IMG/VR virus record: IMGVR_UViG_3300041964_000087 | Location: 5,753-69,752 of that record | Direction: 5' to 3' (one strand) | Source: a virus | Length of the DNA stretch: 64,000 nt | Shown here: positions 25,501-35,991 of the stretch, one piece after another | Numbering within the stretch: the first letter of the stretch is position 1 | Layout: each line of letters begins with the position of its first letter | The notes under the pieces: model-generated | Seen by the model: the letters and a program-made list of their open reading frames with translations, nothing else | The model's database searches: none | Told to the model about the DNA's origin: nothing | Translations under genes and position numbers: made by a program

Positions 25501-26550
25501 TCAAAAATTTAATAAAGCCAAAATCATTGATTCTCTCTTTGTTTTGTCAGACAGCTCACGCATCCATCCTTGTTCAATTAAATCGTCTCTTAATTTATCT
25601 TCTCTCCTTCTACGTGCTGTTAAGTTGTAAAAGCGCCCACCCCCTTTTCCTGTTTTTGCTTCCTCCTCAAAAGCATTCTCGTTTGAATAACGCAATAAAT
25701 TACTAATTAAAGTATTTCTTCCTCCTTCGCTCAACTTTGGATATTGCACCCTCTTCAAAACATCCGTAGCTAACCTTTTCCTTTCGTTGTCAGACATAGA
25801 CTGAATCGGCTTGATTGAGTCTAATAGCTCTTCGTCCCCCGACTCAAGAGCATTCCTAAACATTATTTTTGAACCGGATTTTTTTGTTGTGATTTCATTT
25901 ACTGTCTTTCCCGCTATTTCGGCAGCTAGCCCACTTCGACCATGATCAGAAAACTGAGACAAAATATTTTCATAAGGTTTTAATATTTTCTTATATTCAT
26001 TATTTTTCTTATTTCTTACCTCCTTCATCTCCCGCCGTTTCTTAGCAAGAGAGGTATCAACCGTTCCCACCTTCCTGAGTGCCTTGTCGTGAGCCTTTTT
26101 CTCCGCCGGACTCATCGTTAAGCGACACTTTTCCTTCGCCTTAAGGCAGCGTCCACCACACTGTTCAATTTTGCACTTCAGAATTTTACCGCCAACCTTG
26201 AACTCTACTGGCGACGCTCGTGACATAGCGCTAGCTCCGCTATCTGCAAATTCCTCTATCTCGTCAGCATTCAAAGGCTCAAAAGTTTTGGAGTCGAGGG
26301 AAATCGCAAACCCAAATCGTTTAGTCAGTCGAGGTGATACTTTTACCCGTGCCTCACCCTTGAACGTGCCGCCGTCAACAGTTACACCCACAACGGATAG
26401 GCTTCGACCACTAATCATTGAACGGACAATCCCGTTCACGTAGGTCAAAACCTCTGGGTCGGTGACAGCTTGCTCCTCTGAGTCGGCAAAAATAGACTTT
26501 TTGAATAACTGCCCAAGCTCAGCGTAGGCGATCGCGTGTTTAGTTAACAC
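25501..26550 (-). CDS. MLT..AIA family paralog 1 (shared N-terminal domain + Cys motif, unique C-terminus)
   Basis: MLTKHAIAYAELG..PRLTKRF..CKIEQCGGRCL..DTSLAKKRRE. Confidence 0.8.
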   Translation of the reverse strand: MLTKHAIAYAELGQLFKKSIFADSEEQAVTDPEVLTYVNGIVRSMISGRSLSVVGVTVDGGTFKGEARVKVSPRLTKRFGFAISLDSKTFEPLNADEIEEFADSGASAMSRASPVEFKVGGKILKCKIEQCGGRCLKAKEKCRLTMSPAEKKAHDKALRKVGTVDTSLAKKRREMKEVRNKKNNEYKKILKPYENILSQFSDHGRSGLAAEIAGKTVNEITTKKSGSKIMFRNALESGDEELLDSIKPIQSMSDNERKRLATDVLKRVQYPKLSEGGRNTLISNLLRYSNENAFEEEAKTGKGGGRFYNLTARRRREDKLRDDLIEQGWMRELSDKTKRESMILALLNF

Positions 26551-26570
26551 TTAATTACTGCATTACTGTA

Positions 26571-27008
26571 TTAAGCATATTCCATATCCTGAACGGTGAA
26601 CTCTACTCGATAGACAGACGGCCCGTTGCCGCCACGATTAACATCCGGCAGCGCCTCACTCTTTGGCTTACAGCCTGTATACGTCCTGATGCGTCCACGC
26701 TGCTCTAGGGTGATGGAGCATCGCTGTAATGGTGTGACTTGAACCAGTAAATTTTCACCGCACCAGCGGCTCAACTTGTCGTCCAAATCATCATGAATTT
26801 CGGGAACGTATTCAACCTCTAACGAGATATCCTCATACGCCCGAATCCCCACGATACTGCCCATCTGATTTCTATCGGCAAGGGGGTATTTTGTGGAATC
26901 ACGCGATCGCGCCCCTCCCGAAAACTTGGTGAAAAAGTGCTGACCAAAATCCCCGCCAAGGACAACGGAGAATTCAGCTTCTGACGCCGGATCGTATTGA
27001 GTAGCCAT
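26571..27008 (-). CDS. Tail tube protein
   Basis: 145 aa directly after sheath; FFTKFSG..YEDISL..YTGC. Confidence 0.75.
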   Translation of the reverse strand: MATQYDPASEAEFSVVLGGDFGQHFFTKFSGGARSRDSTKYPLADRNQMGSIVGIRAYEDISLEVEYVPEIHDDLDDKLSRWCGENLLVQVTPLQRCSITLEQRGRIRTYTGCKPKSEALPDVNRGGNGPSVYRVEFTVQDMEYA

Positions 27009-27024
27009 AAATCACATCTCCTTT

Positions 27025-28545
27025 TTAAGCCGCAGCAAGGGTACGAGTTGAGCCGCCGACAATTGCGATCGATTGATCCATTTGGTCAATTGCAACGCGA
27101 TAGATATAGATCCGCAGTCGTCGAGCGGTAGGCACGGGAACTAGATGAACTTTCGCCTGAACGATTCGCTGCTCTAAGTTGATCGCGTTTTGAAGATCGG
27201 CATTGCACTCCACTCGATAAGCCTCGCCGGGCCTGATTCCGTACAAACAACCAGCGGCGTAGAACAGTTGGCAAACTCCTGTGAGTAGTAGTTGTACTTG
27301 GAGATAGTACTTCCCGCGACTGTCTACCGAAGTGTGGATAAGGTCAGATACTCTAAAGGTTCGCTCTGCCGTCTCAACAAAACTGTTGAGGACAACAACA
27401 GCGTTAATTGCTTGGAATGCCGGATTAGTCGAGCGGGTGATGTCGTCGTAAGGCATCGCCCCACGTCCCCGTTCAAAAATATTGATGTTGATGCCAGCTT
27501 CTGCTAGGTCAATTTTTTGAGCTTTATCTAGTTTGTAAGCAACACCAGAAATGCCATTTAGTACGCAGCGTGGTCCACAGGGAGGTTCTTGGATGCCTTG
27601 CTCAAAATAGCGCCGAACTCCAGCACTAGCGATCGCGGTTGATGTTGCGACATAATCACTATCCCTATCAAGAAAGTAGGGGTAGGAATAATAGGAGTGA
27701 CCTTGCGGCGCGATGTATGTGATTCCGTCAGCTTTTGCCTTGCGGGGATGGTCAATGATGTCTGGGCGATGCGGGTCAAGTAACGCCATCCAGCGCAATG
27801 CACGGGCATACTCTGCCATTGCATTGCCAATCTGGGTGCGTTCAAATTGGTTGAGCGTGTTGTAGAACGCTTGTGGAGCGCATAAGAAGCCAAGCGCCTC
27901 GTCGTCATAGTTCCGAGCGATTTCCTTAAACGCTGCAATCCAATCCCAGAATTGAGGAGTGGTGGGAGTGGTAACCGCACTTACGGTGACGCTTCCCGCA
28001 GGTGTTGCAGTAGCGGTAAATGTGGAGTTGTTTTTAGACCGCAGACGGAACACACCCGTTGTGTAGTTGGGCGTTCCGTCTGTATTGAGGTTGGGTTCAG
28101 CTTCAACCGCCAGATTAACTGCCTCAGTGTTGTTGATAGCGGTTATAGCGGCAAGTGTCGCTTCTGCCAGTGTCGGCGTGCCATCGAGGACGAATGGAAT
28201 GGCGGTTCCGTTGATGGTAATTGTGTAGGTAGCACTAGCCGTCAGCGTTGTGATAGTGACAGTTGCGATCGCGCTTGGTACAATCCGCGCTATATACAGC
28301 CCTTGGTCAAAGTTTTCTAAATAGTTTTCGACGCTGTTGAGTATTAACGCATCGGACGACCCAAACAAATTCTTGAAATCGTCCATTGAACCTACGGCAG
28401 TAAATTGCAATGGGGGAACAACAGTTCCGGTCGTCGTGGCGAGTAAATAACACCTTGAATAAACAGCAACAACTGGGATTTGCGGCCCTGCTGAGTCAAC
28501 GAATAATTCATATCCGGGAGTTCCCCTGTTTAGAAGAAGCGCCAT
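27025..28545 (-). CDS. Contractile tail sheath protein
   Basis: TPGY N-terminus, YPY..QEPPCG..GININI..AYRVECNADLQ..VPVPTARRLRI. Confidence 0.9.
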   Translation of the reverse strand: MALLLNRGTPGYELFVDSAGPQIPVVAVYSRCYLLATTTGTVVPPLQFTAVGSMDDFKNLFGSSDALILNSVENYLENFDQGLYIARIVPSAIATVTITTLTASATYTITINGTAIPFVLDGTPTLAEATLAAITAINNTEAVNLAVEAEPNLNTDGTPNYTTGVFRLRSKNNSTFTATATPAGSVTVSAVTTPTTPQFWDWIAAFKEIARNYDDEALGFLCAPQAFYNTLNQFERTQIGNAMAEYARALRWMALLDPHRPDIIDHPRKAKADGITYIAPQGHSYYSYPYFLDRDSDYVATSTAIASAGVRRYFEQGIQEPPCGPRCVLNGISGVAYKLDKAQKIDLAEAGININIFERGRGAMPYDDITRSTNPAFQAINAVVVLNSFVETAERTFRVSDLIHTSVDSRGKYYLQVQLLLTGVCQLFYAAGCLYGIRPGEAYRVECNADLQNAINLEQRIVQAKVHLVPVPTARRLRIYIYRVAIDQMDQSIAIVGGSTRTLAAA

Positions 28546-28560
28546 ACATTTTCCCTCTTA

Positions 28561-29307
28561 CTATTGCGGCCACCAGCTACCATTCCACCTCGACAGCCCC
28601 GGACGGCAATCGACGTGTAGAACATTTCTCATCCCCTTGCCGGGATAAATCCCCATGCCCCCTTGCCAATTCCTCATCAAGGGCATCAGTTCCATCGCTG
28701 TATAGGTTCGCCCATCTTTCCTGACATTCAAATCAACGGCGGCGCCTACCTTGTGCTGGCTAAACTTTGCCCCGCCACAACGAGAGTTGAACGGCTCTGG
28801 ACGGTTCCAGGATGTTACAACCCAGCTTCCCCCAAACTTGTCTCGGTAGGATTGAAGCAGGCGTGCAAGCTTGACTGTGTTTGCCAAGCATAAGTTTTCC
28901 TTGAATGGGCGAGTTCCATCATGGGTTGCCTCTCCCCAAGTGAAACTACCGCCAGGAATGATTGGCTGGTCGGAGTAGTAGACTGCTCCAAGCATCTCAA
29001 TCCGTTTACCTTGAGAAATTGGTACAGGGGTATTGCTTTCCTGAGATGCGATCGCGCGTTTTGCCTCTTTCCCCAATTCAATCAATTTCTCAAGACTGGG
29101 TTTCCATAAAATCACTGGCTCACCCAACCACACCGACTCCTTGAACGTGGCGAAAGCGGCTAGCGTTTTAGGCCCAACCTTGCCATCAATGGCGCTGTTG
29201 AGAAATCCTGCATTACATAAAAGCGTCTGTAGTTCCTTTGCCGCCTCCGTGGAAAGAGCGGTAATTGAAACTTGGTGATTGCGAATAGCGTCACTCAATG
29301 CGCTCAT
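28561..29307 (-). CDS. Endolysin-like protein: peptidoglycan-binding domain + M15A peptidase
   Basis: LQTLL..IDGKVGPKT; TSWNR..N..GGAKFSQHKVGAAVD..LHVDCR. Confidence 0.88.
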   Translation of the reverse strand: MSALSDAIRNHQVSITALSTEAAKELQTLLCNAGFLNSAIDGKVGPKTLAAFATFKESVWLGEPVILWKPSLEKLIELGKEAKRAIASQESNTPVPISQGKRIEMLGAVYYSDQPIIPGGSFTWGEATHDGTRPFKENLCLANTVKLARLLQSYRDKFGGSWVVTSWNRPEPFNSRCGGAKFSQHKVGAAVDLNVRKDGRTYTAMELMPLMRNWQGGMGIYPGKGMRNVLHVDCRPGLSRWNGSWWPQ

Positions 29308-29882
29308 TGCTCAACCTCCGCAAATTTGGGACTGACTTCAGTAACTGCCACCTGATCGACTGGCGAACGAAACACCCCAAGGACAATGCCGCTGGGGATG
29401 AATAGTTCTCCACCTGTCTCACTGTCTTCGAGTCCTGCGAGTCCCCCAGCCACCCAATTGCACAGAATCTGGTAGGTAGCACGGTAGCGATACACTACTT
29501 CGTTTTCTACTTTGGCGCTTACTATCCCATCTGAGGTCAAGCGCAAAGGCGATCGCACTCCTGCAACTTTGGGACAAAAACCCGCGATCGCACCCATTAG
29601 CTGCTCATGAACTTTCAGTGCTTTCCTGAAGTCCCGCCGAAAGTCTTCAGCCTCTACATAATGCTGATATTCAAGCTCTCGTTGTTGCGAGTATCCAGCG
29701 TCGTAGGATGTTGCCCCCCCTGGATAACTACTCCCTTGATAGGCAATCCAATGCTGTGATTGCACTCTCAGCTTTGAATCACTGCCGTAGGGGTCGCCAT
29801 TCTGGTTAAGTGAGCGACGGCTTAATGGAGCGATGTGCTGTTCAATGGCGTCTTGAATGAGGAGAGATAAGAGCATCGTCAC
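29304..29882 (-). CDS. Tail terminator (Mu gp37-like)
   Basis: IAYQGSSY..QQRELEY..AIAGF.P; position between adaptor and sheath. Confidence 0.65.
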   Translation of the reverse strand: MTMLLSLLIQDAIEQHIAPLSRRSLNQNGDPYGSDSKLRVQSQHWIAYQGSSYPGGATSYDAGYSQQRELEYQHYVEAEDFRRDFRKALKVHEQLMGAIAGFCPKVAGVRSPLRLTSDGIVSAKVENEVVYRYRATYQILCNWVAGGLAGLEDSETGGELFIPSGIVLGVFRSPVDQVAVTEVSPKFAEVEQ

Positions 29883-29893
29883 TACGCTCCTTT

Positions 29894-30011
29894 AAGGCAA
29901 AAGGCAAAAGGCAGGAGGCAGAAGGAAAATACCATTGCGCTTAATACCTGACTGCTTGCTCTTGCCTCGTATTGATAACCTTCTGCCATCTGCCTTCGTA
30001 CTTCTGCCTTC
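29894..30011. repeat. Cyanobacterial heptamer palindromic element (AGGCAGA..TCTGCCT)
   Basis: Tandem AGGCAAA/AGGCAGA arm and inverted TCTGCC arm; related copies at 38723, 42206, 62741. Confidence 0.7.
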
Positions 30012-30012
30012 A

Positions 30013-30456
30013 TTAGAAAGTAATCTCCCAGCGCCGTCCTTCTTCAATCAGCCCAATTGAATAAACAGAAACCCCCGTTAAAAGGGGTTGATCTTCGTTA
30101 GAAGACACGTTCCCCGCTAGGTTCTCCAGTTCCTCGTCACTCAGCTTTTGTAATGATTTGAGCCAATCAATACTCTCTTTCGCTTGCTCCCGAATCTGGG
30201 GGTCAGTCGCCGCTAATTGGTCAATCGCCAATCGTCCAGCGTGAACCCGAACAATCTGCAAAAACCGAGGGCTAAACTCCTTGATCGGAAGCATTACCAG
30301 ATAGCCATCAACAAGCTGGCTTCCTGTCTCACACGCACCCGTCAATACCGCCTCATTGATGGCTGTGGCAGTGCGATCGCTGTAGTTAGTCGCCTGAATC
30401 AATATTTCATTTTCGTAGAGCGATCGCATATCGAGCGGTGTGATGTAATTGCTCAT
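30013..30456 (-). CDS. Head-tail adaptor (Mu gp36/DUF1320-like)
   Basis: YITPLDM..SQLVDGYL..LP..LA..IDWLK. Confidence 0.75.
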   Translation of the reverse strand: MSNYITPLDMRSLYENEILIQATNYSDRTATAINEAVLTGACETGSQLVDGYLVMLPIKEFSPRFLQIVRVHAGRLAIDQLAATDPQIREQAKESIDWLKSLQKLSDEELENLAGNVSSNEDQPLLTGVSVYSIGLIEEGRRWEITF

Positions 30457-30854
30457 GGAGTCGTCAATTTAGGTTCGTTATTAGGTGGAAACTCCTTCTC
30501 AAGAATCAAGGGAATTGCGTCATCCCATCCTTTCGGAGGTTTAGAGATGCCATGTCCTTGAGCGATCGCTTGGATTGGCTTGTATGCTTGGGTTGCAAAA
30601 AGCTGCCTGAGTTGGCTCTCACGCTCAGCGCGGGAAATCGGGTTCTGAAGCAAGTCGGCTTCTGGCGTTACACCCATTCCTCCTGCGGGCTGGGTGGGAG
30701 GCATGGTGCTTTCACGAGTACCAAAAGGAAGCTTGATTTTGCCAAGCTCCAAGAGTGACTTGGCGTCGCTTTCTTCAAGCTCTAGCTTGTCGCCTGGGTT
30801 GTAGTTTTTGAGGTCGTGATTGACTGACTCAATCACTTCATACATTGTTTTCAC
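30453..30854 (-). CDS. Head-associated protein (Mu gp35 position)
   Basis: VNHDLKNYNPGDKLEL..AKSLLELG; follows capsid. Confidence 0.6.
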   Translation of the reverse strand: MKTMYEVIESVNHDLKNYNPGDKLELEESDAKSLLELGKIKLPFGTRESTMPPTQPAGGMGVTPEADLLQNPISRAERESQLRQLFATQAYKPIQAIAQGHGISKPPKGWDDAIPLILEKEFPPNNEPKLTTP

Positions 30855-30901
30855 TATTCATCCCCTTTAAGAATTGGTCAAATACGCAGAGTTTTTCGTA
30901 T

Positions 30902-30998
30902 CTAGGTGGTAGGTGGTAGGTCGTAGGTTGCACCCGAAGAGGTTGGAGGTTGGAGGTTGGAGGTTTCTTCTACCACCTACCACCTAACCCCTATCACC
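30902..30998. repeat. Heptamer palindromic element (GGTAGGT/GGAGGTT..ACCTACC) after capsid gene
   Basis: Tandem heptamers with inverted CCACCTA arm. Confidence 0.65.
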
Positions 30999-31001
30999 TA
31001 T

Positions 31002-31991
31002 TTAAGCGACAGCGTTTTGGATTAAGTAGCCACTATCCATGCCAGTGTTTTGGGTATCGCGCTCGAACTTGATTTTGTAATACCAGCTATCATTCATCTC
31101 CCACCAAAAGGCGTTGCTTACCTTGGGCGCACCTTTTAGAACGTAGGTATAGAACTTCGACGGCTCAGCCATCCGGTCAATGTCGTTCGATGTTGCGTAA
31201 GTAATGCGTCCCTTTTCTCCGACAAACGCCTTGGGATTAACATAGACAAGAATCAGGTCTTTACCCCAAATAAATTCCAATGACCCAGTGACTGGATTTC
31301 TCCATACCGCCTCACCGCTCACATAATGCTGAACACCTAGGTATTGGGCAATCATTTCCTCATCAATAAAAGATGAGTTTGTTGGCGTAAAGTTGGCACG
31401 AACTTGGGGATGAGTTCTTAATGCCGAAGTAACTAACTCGCCGCCTAATATGACATTGGGCTTGCGTCCGGTACGGGATGCGATCGCAAGTTTTGCCGTC
31501 TCAACAATCTGGTCAGGGCGTGAACCTTGGTCGTTGAATTGAGAGGTACCGCTTAGCGCTGTTACAAGCCCGTTATAGTTGGCGGGATTTCTTGCCATTC
31601 GCGCTCGTTCACGCTCAATGTTCAACGCCTCAGCGTTCATTAATGAATAAGTTGCACGCTTTCCAAGATCAATAGAGGCAACCTCGGCTTCTTCTTGAAA
31701 TTCAATAGGAACCTTGTACGCTAAACCTTTATTCCTGAGTTGATAAGGTCTGCTAGCATAGCCCGTTTGAATTTCATTAAACGGACCACCTACAGCGCGA
31801 TCGTCTTCATAGGTGTTGAAAGTGGAGTCGTCGAACTCAATAATCGACCCAGTGCGAAACGGGACTTCCGCAAACGGAGAAATCCAGCCACCTTTGTATT
31901 CTGGGTTACTGTAGCCTGTGGCATAGCTACTTAATACGGCGTTATAACCCGCTTTTACTTCTAGAAGGTTCATCCCCTCAAGAGTTGGCAT
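31002..31991 (-). CDS. Major capsid protein
   Basis: 329 aa after protease and decoration genes; GGAGG RBS; GRKPNVILG..ALRTHP..GYLIQNAVA. Confidence 0.9.
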   Translation of the reverse strand: MPTLEGMNLLEVKAGYNAVLSSYATGYSNPEYKGGWISPFAEVPFRTGSIIEFDDSTFNTYEDDRAVGGPFNEIQTGYASRPYQLRNKGLAYKVPIEFQEEAEVASIDLGKRATYSLMNAEALNIERERARMARNPANYNGLVTALSGTSQFNDQGSRPDQIVETAKLAIASRTGRKPNVILGGELVTSALRTHPQVRANFTPTNSSFIDEEMIAQYLGVQHYVSGEAVWRNPVTGSLEFIWGKDLILVYVNPKAFVGEKGRITYATSNDIDRMAEPSKFYTYVLKGAPKVSNAFWWEMNDSWYYKIKFERDTQNTGMDSGYLIQNAVA

Positions 31992-32003
31992 GATTTCCTC
32001 CTA

Positions 32004-32354
32004 TTAATTAGATATAAGAATTGCGCTGACCAGTTGACCCGCAGCCAGCGCTGATTGTTGGGGCAAAAGTACAGCAACAGCCGGACCCGTTGTGAAGGGA
32101 ATAGCCCTTCCGTCAGCATCGGTCTGTAGTCGTCGCTCTGTTGCGTTGGCAGGTATCGCCGCTCCCACCTCGACCATCGTCACCCCTAGGTGATCGCACA
32201 GCGCTGTTTCACCCGCCGCAACGGTGTAGTCATTCACCCCAAGAGTGTTTTGACCAGCACCCGCTTGCGCTCCGGCGCGGTTAATGAAGCGTTTTCTCTC
32301 GATCGCACCCGTCGTCACAATATTGAGATTTACTACTGACTGCTTAACTGCCAT
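32004..32354 (-). CDS. Capsid decoration/cement protein (DUF2190-like)
   Basis: AIERKRFI..LGV..GVTMVEVGAAI..TDADGRA. Confidence 0.8.
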   Translation of the reverse strand: MAVKQSVVNLNIVTTGAIERKRFINRAGAQAGAGQNTLGVNDYTVAAGETALCDHLGVTMVEVGAAIPANATERRLQTDADGRAIPFTTGPAVAVLLPQQSALAAGQLVSAILISN

Positions 32355-33721
32355 TAACTCAACGCTCCTGTCGAAACGAGCGCGTCAATTGCTTCGGAGT
32401 AGGTAAGGTTATGCTCTTTTGCGTAAGCCTTGACCTGCCTGTCTTGGGCGGTACTCTTAGCGTCAAACCCCGCAGGCGCTTTCTCGGAGTAGAAAGGTGC
32501 GTCTTCTGGCCCAATTGGCATTTGCTTATTTGACCAAAGTTCCCGACCCTCGGACAGTTTTTTCAGGTAGGCTTCACGAGGTGTGAGTTCGCCCTCTTCT
32601 CCGTAGTCAGCCGTGCTGCTGTTGTCGAGGCTGAGGATAAACCGGATTTCTGACTCTTTCTTGCTAGGCAAGAGTTTGCGATCACGTACCAAGTCTTCAC
32701 AAAATGCTGCCACTCGATCAGATTCTCGCAGCGCGGTTAGTCGCTCATTTTCTCTCTCAAGTAAGCGTGACTTGGTTTCAAGGTTGTCAAGGCGCGATCG
32801 CATCTCCTCAAATTCTTCTGCATCTGGCATAAATTCCTCTTCCTCGCTTTCGCTGTAATCGTCCAAGAACTTCCCTAGGTTGTCCTCCTGAGGACTGTCT
32901 CCAGGGAATTCAATTCTGTTTATCCGCCGCTCTAACCGGGAGATGTCTTCCCAAGTGGCAAATGTCGGACCGGGCCGGGATGTCACCATCGCCAACTGAT
33001 CGAGCATATAGGTGGGGTAAACTTTATCGGCTTCCTCTACCCCTTTTTCTTCAATGAAGCGATCGCGTACTCTTTGATAAAAGTCCTTAAATAAAACGGC
33101 AATGGAGGAACCATCCCCCATCGCCATAAATGAGGGAGTCTCCCCGAAACTGTCAATACCTCGCAGGGCGTTGTAGACTTTGACTCCGAGTTGCACATCT
33201 TCCAGTGTCTCGTCATCAACCTCCAGCCCAAACTCAACCGCACCTTCTTGCTCTTCCTCGTAATCAGCAAATTCAGAGAGTTCTATCGTTCCTTCGCATA
33301 ACTCAATGGGCGCCATGCCCTTAATCGCCGGGACATCCGCTCCACACCCAGCGACGTGACGCAGTGAGAGTTTTCCAGGGTAAGGATTGTGTACGGAGTC
33401 GGGTAGGTAAAAGGACGACGAGACACCAAGTATTTGACCGTTTCTCACCCACTCTTTGAACTTAGGCGCAATATTCTTGAACCCAGCCCACAGCCTACCG
33501 CCCTCAACCTTCAGCTTTTCAGGGAAACCATATGCCAGCTTTGTGGCGTGCAGCTCGTCGTCGGCATAGCCAGCCGTATCGTGACTGACGATTAAGGGAG
33601 CCTTAAAATAGTTAGGATCATACGTTTCGACGACTTGTTGGAGTTCGCCTTGAGGATATCTCCGAGACAAGCCACTTGAGGACGTATGACTACCAGGCTT
33701 AAATATTTCAATCCAATCCAC
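32354..33721 (-). CDS. Prohead protease/scaffold (Mu gpI-like)
   Basis: WIEIFKPG..APLIVSH..AYG..VSSSFY..LRHVAGCGADVPAIKGM; coiled-coil C-terminus. Confidence 0.88.
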   Translation of the reverse strand: MDWIEIFKPGSHTSSSGLSRRYPQGELQQVVETYDPNYFKAPLIVSHDTAGYADDELHATKLAYGFPEKLKVEGGRLWAGFKNIAPKFKEWVRNGQILGVSSSFYLPDSVHNPYPGKLSLRHVAGCGADVPAIKGMAPIELCEGTIELSEFADYEEEQEGAVEFGLEVDDETLEDVQLGVKVYNALRGIDSFGETPSFMAMGDGSSIAVLFKDFYQRVRDRFIEEKGVEEADKVYPTYMLDQLAMVTSRPGPTFATWEDISRLERRINRIEFPGDSPQEDNLGKFLDDYSESEEEEFMPDAEEFEEMRSRLDNLETKSRLLERENERLTALRESDRVAAFCEDLVRDRKLLPSKKESEIRFILSLDNSSTADYGEEGELTPREAYLKKLSEGRELWSNKQMPIGPEDAPFYSEKAPAGFDAKSTAQDRQVKAYAKEHNLTYSEAIDALVSTGALS

Positions 33722-33776
33722 GGCATGAGGGACGGAACAACTCTTTCAAGCCTAAGTTGTTAGATTTTATAAATTA

Positions 33777-34019
33777 ATGGAATTGAACGAGGCTACCATG
33801 CAAGCTGCATCAACAATCAATTACGGCGATCGCTTAACAGCATTACGGGAGCATAAAGGGTGGACAAGAGAGCGGCTGGCTGTAGCGGCTAATGTGAGTT
33901 ATTGGACAGTCAGAAACTTAGAAACAAATAGATCGCCACTGCGGTTGGACTATGCAGAAGCGATCGCGTTGGCTTATTCAATGCCGATGATTAAATTCTG
34001 GGAATGGATGTGCGGCTAG
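33777..34019 (+). CDS. XRE-family HTH regulator
   Basis: LREHKGWTRERLAVAANVSYWTVRNLE. Confidence 0.85.
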   Translation: MELNEATMQAASTINYGDRLTALREHKGWTRERLAVAANVSYWTVRNLETNRSPLRLDYAEAIALAYSMPMIKFWEWMCG

Positions 34020-35683
34020 AGTTTTTTCATATAAACTCTTGTTTCACCAAAGACGTCCACAACCCCACCATCTTTCTCTTCCTTGGTTGCTTTATCATCT
34101 CCTGTTAACTGGAACCTATCATTGGATTGAGCTTCTGTTAAGAAATTGTCAAACTCGGCTTTGCTGACGCGATCGCCCAATGACTCACGTACTTTAGCGA
34201 TTGGCACCGAGCCATCATAATTAAACTCTTCATTTAGTCGGGAGTAAGCTTTATCAAAAGTCTTATCAGCCTCGGATTGGGTTTTAATTTTCCCGCCTTT
34301 CTTGAGTTCTGACGCAGTGCCAAGAGGGTCAAGCTCTGGTCGATCTTTCAATAACTTCTCTGCCTTTTCTCGCTTACTTGCTGGCAATGCTGCATCTATC
34401 TCAGATTGAGAAGCGGTTATCCTTGCGTAACCTCTTATTCCATCAAGTTCTGTTGTGATTGAGTCTCGGATTTTGTCTTTTGCACTATCTTCTACACTTC
34501 CGCTCTGCAACTGGATTTTGTCTTTAGCTTGAAGGTCTATTAAATATTCCTTGAACTTGTCTCTAGAGACGGTTTCGCCCAGTTCACGGCGAATTTTGTA
34601 AATAGGAACAAGACCATCGTACTTATTCTCTTTGTTGAGCTTATCAATGGCGTGAAGGGCAACGGGTTCAAAATCTGAATAAGACTTGATAGCGTGAACT
34701 TTCGCTTTTTTGCTATCAGTGTCTGCGTCTTTCCTGGTTTGCTTGCTACCAGCATCACCAAGCAGTGGAGTTCGATCTAACGCTTCCTTAGCTATTTTAG
34801 TTAACTCTTTTTCCCGTTTATCCAATGAAGCAACCGCTTCTCTTGCTAGCTTCTTGGTATCATCCGCCTGCTTCTTCATGTCATCAATAGCAGCTTCAAT
34901 GTCTCCTGAGTCAAGCTTTTTCTTGACTCGCTTGGTATCTATTGATGTCACTTCAGCAACCGCTTTATCTACCTTGGCAACATCGTCAGTTTTGCCCTTG
35001 CGTCTGCTATCTAATGACGTAACTTTCTTCTGTTGCTCAAGCTCCTTAAGCCCTCTCTCCATTCGCTTGCCAACAATTTTCATGTCGTCAATAGTCTTCT
35101 TACCCCCCTCGATAGTCTTTCCTATACTCGTTATCCCAAGCCTGTCATTGCGTTTTTGCTCTGCTGTCTCCCGCCGCTTTTTAGCAAGGGAAGTGTCTGG
35201 CTTGGTTGCACGGTTCTTCCCGCTAGCACTTTTCCACAGTTCCTTTTGCTCTGATGTAGGAGTAGTACGGCAGCTCTCGCCACCTTTCAAGCAACGTCCG
35301 CCACACTGTTCAATGCGACAATTGAGCGCCTTGCCTGCTCTACCACTTTTCGACTGGCGGGCAAAATCTTCTGTATCAGAGAATCGCGCAATCTGTTCGG
35401 TATTGATTAGCTTGAAACTAATCTCCGATTCGCCAAAGGTGAAGGTGAAGCGCTTGGTTAGGCGGGGGTTGACGTATTGCTGGAACTCGCCTTCATAAGT
35501 ACCGTCCTCATCAACCGTTACACCGACTAGCTTGGTGATGCGCTTTTGCTTCCCGATTTGTAGAGCCTTGGTGATGTCAGCCAGTTCTGACGGGTCTGTG
35601 ACGGGCGCGGATTCCTTGAAGTTGGCAAATTCTCTCGCCAGTCGTCCGAGCCTTGCAAACGCGATCGCGTATGAAGTCAGCAT
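34016..35683 (-). CDS. MLT..AIA family paralog 2 (C-terminal tandem wHTH-like repeat)
   Basis: Shared N-terminus; G.VPI.K.R..LG..VS...F repeated twice. Confidence 0.8.
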   Translation of the reverse strand: MLTSYAIAFARLGRLAREFANFKESAPVTDPSELADITKALQIGKQKRITKLVGVTVDEDGTYEGEFQQYVNPRLTKRFTFTFGESEISFKLINTEQIARFSDTEDFARQSKSGRAGKALNCRIEQCGGRCLKGGESCRTTPTSEQKELWKSASGKNRATKPDTSLAKKRRETAEQKRNDRLGITSIGKTIEGGKKTIDDMKIVGKRMERGLKELEQQKKVTSLDSRRKGKTDDVAKVDKAVAEVTSIDTKRVKKKLDSGDIEAAIDDMKKQADDTKKLAREAVASLDKREKELTKIAKEALDRTPLLGDAGSKQTRKDADTDSKKAKVHAIKSYSDFEPVALHAIDKLNKENKYDGLVPIYKIRRELGETVSRDKFKEYLIDLQAKDKIQLQSGSVEDSAKDKIRDSITTELDGIRGYARITASQSEIDAALPASKREKAEKLLKDRPELDPLGTASELKKGGKIKTQSEADKTFDKAYSRLNEEFNYDGSVPIAKVRESLGDRVSKAEFDNFLTEAQSNDRFQLTGDDKATKEEKDGGVVDVFGETRVYMKKL

Positions 35684-35991
35684 TAGCTTTGCACTCCTTT
35701 AGGGAGTTTAGAGCCGGATGCTGGTATCTCCCCTTCAATCAGTTTAGGGGAATAAAACTCTAATTCAGGTTTTTTCATCGCTATGCTCAAGTCTAAAAGA
35801 CTAGTCCTTTTCCCAATCAGATGCCCGTAAATCCCTGCTGACTGGGATAGGATTGACTGAATTTCTTGAACTAAGTTTTTATCCTTACCCTCGTAAACAA
35901 GTTCACTAATACTATCAACGGTTTTTCCTTCTAAAGCAACTGTTACAACTGTTTCACTAACTGGATCGGTGAACTGATACTTATTAATCAC
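35683..35991 (-). CDS. Small protein downstream of peptidase paralog (immunity-like)
   Basis: GIYGHLI..SLLDLS resembles GFYGHTI..TNLDLS of 44121..44432. Confidence 0.7.
   Translation of the reverse strand: MINKYQFTDPVSETVVTVALEGKTVDSISELVYEGKDKNLVQEIQSILSQSAGIYGHLIGKRTSLLDLSIAMKKPELEFYSPKLIEGEIPASGSKLPKGVQS

Noticed and set aside
34710-35498. Long antisense ORFs (also 16681..17274, 40976..41347)
   Set aside because: Shadows of Lys/Thr/Asp-rich real genes on the other strand
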